Source of the DNA: the human T2T-CHM13v2.0 reference genome, Homo sapiens
Strand: one strand, 5' to 3'
Length of the DNA: 64,000 bases
Assembly: GCF_009914755.1 (NCBI RefSeq)
Contig: NC_060935.1
The notes under the pieces were generated by a model that was not told the DNA's origin, did not search any database, and worked only from the letters and a program-made list of their open reading frames with translations. This document shows positions 12,851-25,619 of this stretch, piece by piece (the first letter of the stretch is position 1; every line of letters starts with the position of its first letter). Made by a program: the position numbers and the translations under genes.

Positions 12851-13515
12851 TGCAATGGGTGAATCTGAATGTCAACTTTATGGGATTAGGGATATTCAGA
12901 TAGCTAATAAAACACTATTATGCTTGATTCTTCAGTATGTGCTGAGCCCGTTTCTCTTCTGCTGAAAGGAAAACCCAGGGGATTTGGCATTTCATTCAAA
13001 TAATAAAGCTGCCCCATGTGTGTCTGTGAGGGTGTTTGCAGAGGAGATTGGTGTGTGAGTTGGTAAACTTAGTGGGGGAAAATCTGCCCTCAATATGGAT
13101 AGGCAACATTCAAACAGCTGAGAGTCAAGAGAACAAAAAAGCAGAGGAAGGGTGAATTCTTGCTCTCTCTTCTGGAACAGGACCATCCTTCTCCTGCTCT
13201 TGGATGTCAAAATTCCAGGTTCACCAGCTTTTAGACTCTGGGGCTCACACCAGTGGCCCCCAGGATTCTAGGGATTTCAGCTTTAGACTGAGCCTAACAC
13301 TGTCAACTTGCTTGGTTCTGAGGCCTTTGAACCTGAGCTGAGCCACACTACTGGCTTTCCTGGTTCTCCAGCCTGCAGGCAGTCTACAGGTGGGATTTTT
13401 TTGGACTTCATAATAAAGTGAGCCAATTCTCCTAATAAATCTTTTTTGTTTTTTTTCATATATCTCTATATGTAGCCTATCGGTTCTGTCTCTCTGGAGA
13501 ACTCTGACTCAAACA
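12851..13515 (+). mobile_element. MLT2 (MLT2B-like, ERVL) solo LTR with an internal ~95-bp foreign insert
   Basis: 'tgtcaactt...gtgtgtctgtgagggtgtttgcagaggagattgg...tctgccctcaat' and terminal 'ggttctgtctctctggagaactctgactcaaaca'. Confidence 0.88.
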
Positions 13516-13649
13516 GTTTTTAAACATTTGTGAAAAAAAAATTATGTTCATCACATTTGTAGATAGTACCAAATTTGACATGCTTATTGATATCCTGAAA
13601 CACAGGCAAAAATGTCAAGACAATCTTGCAAATTAGAAAATTAGTCACT

Positions 13650-14046
13650 GGTAGGATTTGAAAATTTTGTTTCTTCCAAAATTCTTGTTGAAACTTTATC
13701 TCTAGTTCAATAGTACTAGGAGGTGGGCCCTTTAGGAAGTGATTAAGTCATGAGAGCAGAGAACTGCTGGATGTCATTAGTCTTTATAAAAGTAGTTGAG
13801 GAAGCAGCTTTGTTCTTTTTTGCTCTTTGATTCTTCTGCCACATGAGGACAGTGTTTGTCACTTTTGTCCTTTTGCCATGTAAGAGCAGACACCCCGTTG
13901 GATCATTGAACAGCCCTCACTAGACATTGAATCTGATGATGGCTTGATCTTGGAATTTCCAAACCCCAGAGTGTAAGAAATAAATTTTGGTTGTTTATAA
14001 ATTACCCAGGCTCTGATATTTTTTAGCAGCAGAAATGGACTGAGAC
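13650..14046 (+). mobile_element. MaLR solo LTR (MST/MLT1A-like)
   Basis: 'ggaggtgggccctttaggaagtgattaagtcatgag', 'ttgatcttggaatttcc...aaataaatttt...ataaattaccca...gcagcagaaatggactgagac'. Confidence 0.85.
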
Positions 14047-15019
14047 GGTTTCTATCTGGAATAAATTTTGGAAGGAACATGGTCGTAAAAGTAGACTTCA
14101 GAACAAGCAATTCAACTATAGCATATAAATAACTGGCTGAGCATATATTAGGAAACTCCTGTAGATTACATTTGACCACTATTCACATTATAATGTATGG
14201 AATTGAAATGTATTACAACACTTTAATCAGAATTTCTTTGAAAAAATATTTTTCTAAATAGAAATAAAAAATAAGAAAAAACAAGTAGATTTGTAAAAAT
14301 TTTGTGTTAAATTATAAAGTCCTGGAAACATTAAAAACAAAAGAGAGAGAATGAAAAAATCACCTCAAACTAAAACCTAAATGGTAAAAATAATGTTCAT
14401 TCACAATAGAAAGTGAAGTGAAGATGGTTATCATAAATTTAGTTATCAGACTGGACCTTCTACCCACTTCAGTGGCTAAAAGACAACTGTAGATCTAGGG
14501 AGTTTTGAAAGCATTAACCTTGCTCATAAATATTCTCCCTTTTATGACTACCAATAAAGAGAGCGAGTTTATAAGCAGACACTATAGGTAGACAGGAAGC
14601 ATAATCAGAATATATTCTCACATCTTTTCCATGCCAAGTTACCTGCAAGTGATTAAATTTTTTATGACAAACTGCTGCGATAACCTAAAGTACATAAAGT
14701 AGGTTTAAATAAGTGACAGAAACTATGCAATTATCTTGTGACTTTTCTGAAAAATGAATATGGAAAGTCAAAATTTTCTCCTTAGAGCAGAATAAATAAA
14801 AAATCAGAGTTACAGTGTGTTAGATGATAGTTGAATTTAGTGTGAACATTGTTGTGTCTCTAAACTTATAGAAAGGGATAAACATTTGGATTTTACCTTG
14901 TAATTCACTACATAATGCTTGGGAAACAGTGAAGAATGAAACACAGTAGTTGTCTCCAAGACTGGTGTTTTTTTAGGGAGGGTAGACCCTTTAGGCTGAC
15001 TCTTTAGGGAGGTAGATAA

Positions 15020-15175
15020 ATCACACACTGGGACCTGTCGGGGGGTGGCAGGATAGGGGAGGGATAGCATTAAGAGAAATACCTAATGTAGATCATGGGT
15101 TGATGGGTGCAGCAAACCCCCATGGCATGTGTATACCTATGTAACAAACCTGCACGTTCTGCACATGCACCCCAG
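15020..15175 (+). mobile_element. Tail-less 156-bp L1PA7-like 3'UTR fragment (local copy of 16718-16873)
   Basis: 'gggatagcatta..gaaatacctaatgtagatcatgggttgatgggtgcagcaaacc'; stops just before 'aacttaaagtataat'; no poly(A) and no TSD seen. Confidence 0.9.
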
Positions 15176-16159
15176 TGTGATGAGTGGTATGATTAAGGCT
15201 ATGCAGACAGTCCTGCTGGACTTCATAAGAGAAGCTCTTAACGTGTTATGGGATGATGGGCCATAGTGAAGGATGGTACAGCAGTTAATCAAGAAACAGT
15301 TTCTGTGTTGAGTTACAATAGATGAAAAGGTTGCATGGAGGTCCAGAGAAATGATCCAATAAAATAAGCAAAATTTCTGATTATGATTCTACTTTTAAAA
15401 CATATTGTATAAAGCAAATACAAATAACGCTTGATGTGAAGGGTTAAGCTGGGGCTAAACAATTAAATATGTGACATATCATGATTTATTCTGAGAGCAA
15501 AGAACCCCATTAAAAGAATAAAGAGGGTGACAAGGTGAGCTTTACATTATAAAAAACTCACTATGGTTGTGTAAAGAAAACCTGAGAGACAAGAAAAACA
15601 GGCAGCACGACAAGTCAGATTCAACTCTAGGTGCACTAAAGAACACATAGGTAGCTTGAAAAATACAGAGTTCTTTGCCCCATCCCCATAGACTCTTTTA
15701 AATCGTTTGGTATAGGGTTCTCTTTTAAATAATTTGATGTAGGATTCTGGAACAGGTATAATTAAAAGCTCTCCTATGCGCTTCTCAAGCATAGCCACAG
15801 CTCAAAAATACTAATTTAAGGGAGTATTACAACAGTCCTGTTGAAAAACTGATGATGCCCTGAACTAAGATAACTGTAGTTAAGCTGGAGAGATCAAGAC
15901 CAATTAAGACATAGTTTGCGGATTAATTGGTTATTGAGGATAGCATAGGAATGGAGTCCAGGATGCCAGCTTGGGCACATCTAAAACTGGTAAGAGTATT
16001 CCCTGAATCACAGAAAAGAGGAAGAGTGTAGACTTGGGATATGAGCTTATTAGAACTATCTGGAGTAGAGACATTTTTCCAAAGGAAAAAATAAACTGCA
16101 CAGCTCTAAAGGAAATACACTCACTTCAAATTTGACAAACAATGTTGAAAAATTCTAAA

Positions 16160-16300
16160 ACCTTTTGTTGAAAGCCTATTATATATTTCAGGTACTGTGC
16201 TAGACTCTGGAGATATTCAGATGGATAGCACACATTCCCTGTCTTGAAAAGCTTATAACATTATTGGGAAAGCAGACATTTAATTAGGTCATTTTAATAT
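16160..16300 (-). mobile_element. L2 3' end fragment
   Basis: 'ttgaaagcctattatatatttcaggtactgtgctagactctggagata...ccctgtcttgaaaagcttata'. Confidence 0.55.
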
Positions 16301-16563
16301 GTCATGTTAATTGACAATAATAATTGCAGGTATCATATCAAAGATATTTTAAAAACTGTATTACAGCCACAGGTTGACAAGTTTACTTCGTTGTCCATAG
16401 TGTTCTAATAACTTATGAGAAATATTTTATTAATTATTTTATAAAATTTTTATGAAATTGGTATTAGAATCTCATTTCACATATAAGAAAAATGAAGCTC
16501 AGCATCTCAGTACAAGAACTAGAATTCAAACTCTGCTCCTTTTCACTGTTCTTAAGAATTACG

Positions 16564-16882
16564 AGTTCATGTCCTTTGCAGGAACATGGATAAAGCTGGA
16601 AACCATCATTCTCAGCAAACTAACACCAGAACAGAAAACCAAACACTGCATGTTCTCATGTTCTCACTCATAAGTGGTAGTTGAACAACGAGAATACATG
16701 GACACAGGGAGAGGAACATCACACACTGGGGCCTATCGGAGGGTGGCGGGATAGGAGAGGGATAGCATTAGGAGAAATACCTAATGCAGATCATGGGTTG
16801 ATGGGTGCAGCAAACCACCATGGCACATGTATACCTATGTAACAAACCAGCACGTTCTGCACATGCACCCCAGAACTTAAAG

Positions 16883-16920
<38 letters not shown>

Positions 16921-16931
16921 TGATAATAATA
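16564..16931 (+). mobile_element. L1PA7-like 5'-truncated insertion with (TAA)n tail and TSD
   Basis: ORF2 end (FMSFAGTWIKLETIILSKL) plus 3'UTR; TSD AAGAATTACG (16554-16563) / AAGAATTATG (16932-16941) at a TT/AAGA endonuclease site. Confidence 0.93.
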
Positions 16932-17663
16932 AAGAATTATGCTAAGGAAAGCACTAGATGCAGAAAAAAGCACTTAAAGAAGTCTTAATTTTGTTTTGGA
17001 AGATGCATAAAATTTGCCAAATGAAGACAGATAGGAAAGGCAGCCTAGAAAGATGCAAGAAAGTAGATGTTTTTTATATGAAACAATTTGAATTATGTGT
17101 GGCTGGAAAGCAATGTAAGTGGGACAACGCTCAAAAATGATGAGTGGAGATGTGAGGGAACGTTAGGCGATGAGGATTTTATGTGAGGTATCTACGTTAG
17201 TTTTTGACACTGAATAATGGAAAAAGGTTTAAAAACACAGAGTAACAGAGTAGGTACCAGAAAAAATTAAAAATATAGAAAATAAATATTTTCTTGTAAT
17301 CCTTTTGAAACGCAAAGAGACATTGCCCTTATATATGTAAGTTGGCAGGGCTTCCCTTATACCACAATATAAAATGTGGTAAAGAATGGAGAATTGAAAC
17401 TATAACATCTTGTCCTATGGGTCAAGATTCTAGACTGTAACTTAATGATAATTTCTGAATGAAAGTGTTACTTGTTTGATAAGAAAGGCACCCCAAGGGA
17501 TATAGTTCACTCTAATTTTTATTTCAATAGTATATTCTGTTCCCAAAAATGAGTCCTAAGGAAAAAAAAAAGAAAAGAAACCCAGGTATAAGAGAATTTC
17601 GAGATAGATGTAAGTCTATCAGGGTAAGGACCCATTAAATAGGGGCAATAAAGAAAGGTTATA

Positions 17664-17979
<316 letters not shown>

Positions 17980-20900
17980 TTATAATTAATAACTGGGTCA
18001 TGAATGAGATAAGCAATGATGAAAGGGTAAGATTGTGGGGCCTAGGAAGTAGATAAGCAACTAGGCTTCTTGCATTTCTGCAAACTGCTTGCAAAAATGG
18101 CTTGAACGGAAGAAGGCTGACATATTGACTGTAGCTGACGAATCAGCTTTGAATAAAACACTTGTGTTTGGAAAAGTGAAATGTGATGAAACTACATATG
18201 CAAATTAACTAGCTTCACCCATTCAGAGGACAAGGCATTCGGAAGCTACGAACAAGAATGGGTCTGACAATTTCCTCTATTTGAAACTGGGAATCATTAG
18301 GAAGTCAGAGTAGCAAGTGAAGAATGTATAGGGACCACCAAAACACAATTTATAAAACATGCTTTATATTAAGAACCAAGCAGTTTCTTTCCATGAAAAA
18401 GGACAAAATGTTGGCTTATGTTTTATGACATTGAGAATTTTCATGTAAAATCAATTTATTAAATAACTATTAATTGATTATTACTATTTGCAAGGGTTTT
18501 TAAACTGAAAATTTAATACACAAGCAAACTTAAGAGACCTTGCTTTCATAGATCTTACATGTTAGTATGTTTTCATTTCTTCTGTTGTAAATTAAGAATA
18601 AAATTACTATGTTATTGGATATAATAAGTACGATTCTATCAAATTTCGTATAGTTTAGTTACATCATGCTTTCTTTATTTTGTAGTCCCTTCTATCCTTT
18701 TGATTGTCGGCACAGTCATATGTTAACATGGATTCCTGGTTGTTATTTTATCTCAACCTCAATTTTAGAGAAACTAATTCATCTTTCTTAGCATAGGAAA
18801 GTGGGAGAAGATGAGGAAACAAATATAGTATGTGAACATAGAAACATTTAAAAAAAAACTAGTATAGTAATTAAGACAAATCGCTCCTGCTATATAATTT
18901 TGCTCTTCATTTTATATCTTCATTTTATTTTATTTTTATCACTTTATTAATTATGTGTTTTATAACTAAACTGTAATTAGAGGGATTTTTGAAGCAGAGT
19001 AATAATTAAATGAAATATATCTTAGTCTCAAGTCAACTCCACTTTTTTCTTAGAAGTTAAAAATTAAAGCCTAGGAAAAGTAAGTTAGCTGCCCAAGGTC
19101 AGAGTTACAGTTATATCCAAGAAATATTTCAGTTTACTTGTGTCTTAGTTCACTGAACTGCCCCATTACCTGCTTGACACTCCTGTGATTTTACTGCAAG
19201 ATTTTAAAGTGTGTGGGCTTCATGTTGTTTGAATACATAATCTTCCTTCTCAAACACATGTATTCAAATAGAAACCAAGCTTTGTATTCTAGCTGTGAAC
19301 TCCTTGCATGCCCTGTAAAGGCTTTAAAATACAAATATCCTAGTTCTGAAAATTTTTCTTCTATCTCTTTTAAAGAGTGAAACCAGTACTGCATGACCTC
19401 TGGTGATCTGGTTTTAGGATGTTAGCTCAAAATATATCACTAATAAAGTAAAATTTGTTTTTAATATAACTGAAATTTTAATTCAGGCTTATAGAAATAA
19501 GGCAAATTACTATCACAAAAATAACATTATTCCTCTTGAACTATTAAGATAATGCAAAAATAATCTTAATGGAGCATACAGATTATTCATTTTTCAAGGT
19601 GATATTTTCAGGCATATTTTGATATAGAACCTTTCACTATAGTTGTATGTAAGCCATCAAAAAGAACAGCACATTTGTATGCCCCAAGCCAGAAACCCAA
19701 GTGAAATTGGGACAATTTTCCATAGCTGGTCAGTCTCATTTATCTAGAAGCTACTGTTGATAAAGTGTTTGAGGGGAACAAGAGCTTTGCTTTTAGGTAA
19801 CAAGCAGATCAACAATTATATTTGTAATCAGCAGAAAGTCTCTCACAGTTTTTTTTAAAAATAACATTTGATCTAGTCAGCTAATAATATCCTCTGAGAC
19901 TGAGTAAATAAGAGTCACTTTAAAATTTTTGTTACCACAGATAAACCTTGTTAGTTGATTCTTACGAGTTTGAAAAAGTATATGTTTGAGATAAATTAGG
20001 TCTAGTAATTCAAAAAGGAATGGATCCCTTAAAGAACCCTGGAAAAACTGTACTAAAACCATCTACTTTAGTGATCCCAGATTTGGGGATAGACACAGGC
20101 ATGGAGTAATTAATGGGGACATCGTATCCACAAAATACTATTTTTGTTTGTAGTGTGCTCTATCCTTAGTGAATTAGTAAGATCAGTTCTTTAAATGACA
20201 AGGAATTCCACTCCTACCAAAAAATTGGGATTGTCACTGATGTACCAGGCAGTTGAACATGAGGAAGGCTGGATGTAGTCGCCCTCTGAACTTTGTGTCT
20301 AGGACTGGCTGTAAAGAAGGCTTGATGTATATACTGGCCCCCAGAAAAGCAGATGCATTAAATAGAAGAAATGGCCTCAAGACAGGAACTATTTTTGAAT
20401 TGTCCTTTATATTTAGTAAGACCCAAAAGAGAACCAAAACACACCTTGCAGGCAGTGAGTGCAAATGAGAAAATTCTACTCAACATCCTATGAGCATATA
20501 AGGGACGTGAAGGTAAATATTTGCCTGTCAGGGACAAAGCAGTCTAATCTGAGAAAATTTATGATGGGCTAGAAGGAACACTCATGTTCAATACCAAAAA
20601 AGCATCTGTTATGACCATTTATTCTTGATAGGGGCATTAAAATAAAGGAAATAGAAAGCATTATCACATATGTAATAAAATCTGGCTTTACTGAGTTAAA
20701 GCTGTGATTCCAAAGGTTTCACTGGTTGTCACCTAATATTTTTAAATGACCAAACTGATAATATAGCTAGAAGAAGTTTTAATATCAAGAATACACAAGA
20801 TTACAAACACATAGAAAAGAAAGTGCCAACAGCAAGATAATACTAAAAAGTGCCTTACCACAAACCAAAAGTAAACAAAAAAGTAAACAGTTTGTCTTCT

Positions 20901-21382
20901 TATAACTGAAAAGCAACAATCTAATATTAGGTGGTTTCTTTATAGCATTAAAACACAGAATATTTGTAAATTATGGTTTTTATGGTAAAGAGTTTTTAAA
21001 ACAATAATTCTATAGCTAGTGAAATTGTTCAATAATATTTTAAAAATTGTATTAATAGTAGAATTCAACTATCAGTATCCATAAATATAATACAAAATAA
21101 TTGTAATGTAAACGATAGAAAATATCCAGTTTTTAGCAACAATAATAAAAAAAATTACAAGGCATGTACATATAGAAAAAATGCGACCCATGCACATGAA
21201 AATAAAGCAGGCAACAGAAACTGTTTTTCAAGGGGCCTAAATATTGTGCATAGAAGACAAAGACTTCATGAAAAGCTATTAGAAATACGTTAATATAACC
21301 AAAAGTAACTGTATTAAAAAATTAAAGAATAGTATGATGACCATAATTCATTAACTAATGACTAGCAATAAAGATTAAAACA

Positions 21383-22185
21383 TTATTTATTATTTATTTA
21401 TTTATTGTATTATTTATTTCTTTATTTATTTATTTTTTTTTTTTGACACGTAGTCTCACTCTGTCGCCAGGCTGAAGTGCAGTGGCGTGATACGGCTTAC
21501 CACAACCTCCACCTCCCAGGTTCAAGTGACTTTCCTGCCTCAGCCTCCCTAGTAGCTGGGACTAAAGGCACGTGCCACCATGCCCAGATAATTTAATTTG
21601 TGTGTGTGTGTATGTGTGTGTATATGTATACACATATGTATATATATATGTATGTGTATATATATGTATACACATATATATGTATGTGTGTATATATATA
21701 TGTATGTATGTATAGATATATATACACACACACACACACACACAAAAATTAGCTGGGCTTTAGCCTGAGATCCTGTGTTTTCAGGAATTCACTAGGTAAT
21801 GTGTGTGTGTATATATATGTATATATACATATTTATATATAATGTATGTATACATATTTATGTATAAGGTATATATACATATATATAATGTATATATACA
21901 TATTTATATATAACTTATATATACATATTTATATATAAGGTATATATACATATATAATGTATATACACATATTTATAACATATATACATATTTATATATA
22001 ATGTATATATAAATATGTATATATATAATGTATATATAAATGAATATATATATATATATATTTTTTTAGTAGAGACAGGATTTCAACATGTTGGCCAGGA
22101 TGGTCTTGATCTCTTGACCTTGTGATCTGCCTGCCTCGGTCTCCCAAAGTGCTGGGATAACAGGCGTGAGCCACTATGTCCAGCC
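21383..22185 (-). mobile_element. AluSc with the central linker expanded to ~470 bp
   Basis: Right arm about 21445-21595 ('tgtcgccagg'), left arm about 22062-22185 ('ggatggtcttgatctcttgacc'), (TTTA)n tail. Confidence 0.9.
21600..22061. repeat. (TG)n/(TA)n/(CA)n/(TATACA)n compound microsatellite in the Alu linker
   Basis: Directly visible; interrupted by non-repetitive sequence at 21742-21802. Confidence 0.95.
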
Positions 22186-23194
22186 AAAAAATTAATTTTT
22201 AAGACACATGGCAATTTTGTAGTTGAAAGGTACAATTACCTAAATGAAATAAAATTGGTTAGAGAGGCTAAAGAGTAGATTTGAAAAAAAAATCAGTAAA
22301 GTAAAAGTTAAATATAAACAGAGATAATACAATCTTAATAATAGAGAAGAAAAAAGCATAGAGAAAAATAAACAGAGGCTTAATGAAATTTGGAGCATCA
22401 GTAATACACCAACATGCACATGATGAAAGTGCCAAAAAGTAAAATAAATGAACAGATTTTTTAAATAATTAATAGAAACCTCCCAAATGTGATGTAACCA
22501 TTAGTATATACATTCACTAAGCTCAGTGAATTTCAAGTAGGATAAACTCAAATAGATCCAAAGCCAGATACACCATAGTCAAAATATTGAAAGCCAAAGT
22601 TAAAGAGAAATTGAAACAGAGAGAGAAAAATGACTCATCATGTATAAGGTAACCCCAATAAGATTAACAGAAGAAGACTTCTTATCAGAAGCAATGGTGG
22701 CCAGGAAGCAGTATGAAAAGACTTTCAAACTGTTGAACGAAAAAAAATAGTACTCTCAAATAAGAATCTTATGTTCAACAAAGCTTCATTTCCAAAATGA
22801 AGATAAAATAAATGAGACTTTATATAAATAAAAACTGAGAAAATGTGTTGCTAGCAGATCTGCCTGAAAAAGAGATCCTAAAGGAAGTTCCTCAGCATGA
22901 AAGGAAGTGATACAATACAGGAATTATAATCCACACAAACACAAAAGAACACTGGTAAGAAGGTAAATATAAAAGACAATATTTACATATTTTCTTCTTT
23001 CTTCTCACCAACTTAATAAAATTGCATAAAATAAAACATCTAAACAATCTAATCAAAAGGCACAGATTGTTGGACTGGATTTTGAAAAAGTCAACTATAT
23101 GCTGTCTACAGTAGACATTTTAGATTCCAAAATGCGAATAGTTTGGAATTAAAAAGATGGAATATGTTGCAAATTGCAATTGCAAAAAAGTATT

Positions 23195-23419
23195 AGGAGT
23201 TCGAGACCAGCCTGGCCAAGATGGCGAAACCCCGTCTCTACTAAAAACACAAAAATTAGCTGAGTGTGATGGTGCATGCCTATAATCCCAGCTACTCGAG
23301 AGGCTGAGACATGAGAATTGCTTGAACCCAGGAGGCAAAGGTTGCAGTAAGTCAAGATTGTGCCACTGCACTAGGCTGACAGAGTGAGAATCTGTCTCAC
23401 AAAAAAACAAAAAAAAAAA
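23195..23419 (+). mobile_element. 5'-truncated AluS
   Basis: Starts at 'aggagttcgagaccagcctggccaa'; central 'ctactaaaaacacaaaaattagc'; small deletion near 'ctgcact'; A tail. Confidence 0.92.
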
Positions 23420-24402
23420 GGACTAGATTATTATATTAACATGAGACAAAATAGACTTTTTTAGGAGAATCACTGTAACATGAGATGAAGAATATTTAAT
23501 AATGATAAAAAATTAATCTATTAGGCAGATATAACAATGAAAAATATGTATGCATCTAAAAACAGAGCCCTAAAATTTATGAGGTAAAAATTGACAGAAT
23601 TGAAGGGAGAACTTTACAGTTTAGAAATATGCTGTAATGGGCAAAAGAAAATAAGCATAAAATAAGAATAGGAAAATTATTATAATATAATTATTTCACC
23701 AGGACGAAAAGTATTACTCAAGCATTTACAAATAGGTTTTATTCTAAGTTATTATGCAAATGTTTCTTAAATTATTAAAAAGAAAGATTTATAATATTTT
23801 CTGTGTCCAAAATTTAAACCTATATAAATTCAGCTGGAGGGGTAGGATGATTTTAAAGTTGTTAATTTTCTTTATTTGATGGTGATGGTAAATAGCCGTT
23901 GCTTCTTTGAAATTTTGACCTAAGAGACATAGTAATACATATGTTTTCTTTTAAATTTAATGACAGCCATAATTAGAATTAAAAGCAATGTGTAAACCTT
24001 AAGGGAAAAATAAATAAAATCAGACATAACATGCATAACAGTGGAGGTTTTAAAAAGACAAAACAAAACAGAAGTTAAAATTTCTAAAATCAATAAACAA
24101 AATGACAGAAAAGCATTAACTATTGTAATAAAAATAAAAGTTAAATGTCATATTAAAAGACCTTTGGGTTAAAATATTCAACCTTATGCTTTCTTTAAGG
24201 GAGCCTGTTAAAGCATGATTAAGGTTAAATGCAAAAAGGAAATCTGCATTTGTATCTACATCTACATTTAATCTATCTATATAAATACGCTGTTATACAA
24301 AACAAAATACAAAAGCAAAAATTAATTCAGCATATAGTATTTTCAAGCAGGAACTCAAAATAAAAATGGTATATTAAATCCTTTTTATATTGATAAGTAA
24401 TC

Positions 24403-24570
24403 TAATGGTTATTTCTGAAATGTTATTGTTGATATAAATCACACAAATACCTTTTAAAATGTAGACTTCTATTCAGTAGGTCTAGGAAGGAGCCTGAGAT
24501 CTGTGTTTTCAGGTAGTCACTAGGTAATGTTGATGCTGCTACTCTGACACCACATGTTGAATAGCAAACT
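24403..24570. mobile_element. MER5A-family hAT-Charlie MITE
   Basis: 'attcagtaggtctagg..agcctgaga...ggtaatgttgatgctgct...ccacatgttgaatagcaa'. Confidence 0.75.
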
Positions 24571-25619
24571 TATATACAATTCTCTTTCATCAGATAACTC
24601 ACTTCTCTACATGCCAATGAAAATAGGAAATTATGCAAAATAGCATATTATATAAAATGTAGCAGAAGAAAATAGTTGTTTGTAATGCTGATCATAGACA
24701 TATTTACTTATTTTCTTTTTCTAATTTCACATTCTATATCCAAACTATTAATTGCATACATATGCTGAAAAAATATTAGAATGTACCTTATAAACAAACA
24801 ATAGATGCTGAATGAGCACCTAAACTGCTGACATAACTACTTCACTTGGAAAAAGAAAAATGGAATAGTATGGGGAGTCTGTATAAATAATCACTTTTTT
24901 AAAAAAATTTAAAATATTTATAAGTAATTATTTTATGGCTTTGGAAGACATCAAAATCAATGTTTTACCCTATCCACAAATATGCTATTGTACACAAATT
25001 TTCACGCAGTGTTTCAAAATTTTTTCACATCATTTACATACTGACAAGTTACTAAAGCATAACTAAAATTACCACCCTGATACAACTCTATCAGAAGACT
25101 ACTACACTTCTTAACAATGAGATGAACATAACCTTTTTTGTATCCAAATTACTCTTTATTCAGATATTTTGAAGCATATCAGCTAAGGAAAAACAAACTA
25201 GGGCAAAATTCCATGTATATACTTTTCTTATTGAATCATAGACGAGAAGACGGTGATGGTACATGGTTCATTCAGTAACACTGAAGGATCTAGAAAGAGA
25301 TGTGTGATATTTCATAGAATTTTCTGAGATTTGAGGGGGAAAGTGCTTTTCTTAAAAGTCATCTTTTATATGCAAAAATAAATTTTTTGATGAGCCTGAT
25401 ATTTGCACCAGTCATGGTTCAGGCAATTGAACATGTAGTGTTTACTGTATTATTAAGGCATTAACCATTTATCATAGGTTTATTTATTTATTTCCTGTAA
25501 CAAAAGTAGCAAAATAGCCTTTATGGTAAAATAGCTTGTACATCTTGATTTCAATTTTGAAGTTGACTGATTTTTTAAATTGGGAAATTTATTGAAGACT
25601 AATCCCCCATTTCAACACA

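Larger units (their letters stand above)
21100..23620 (+). mobile_element. Old L1 (L1MC/MD-type) 5' region, ORF1 and ORF2 start, interrupted by two Alus
   Basis: ORF1-like 'ccccaataagattaacag..gacttcttatcagaagcaatgg' and endonuclease-like 'aatcaaaaggcacagattg...ctatatgctgtctaca'. Confidence 0.7.
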
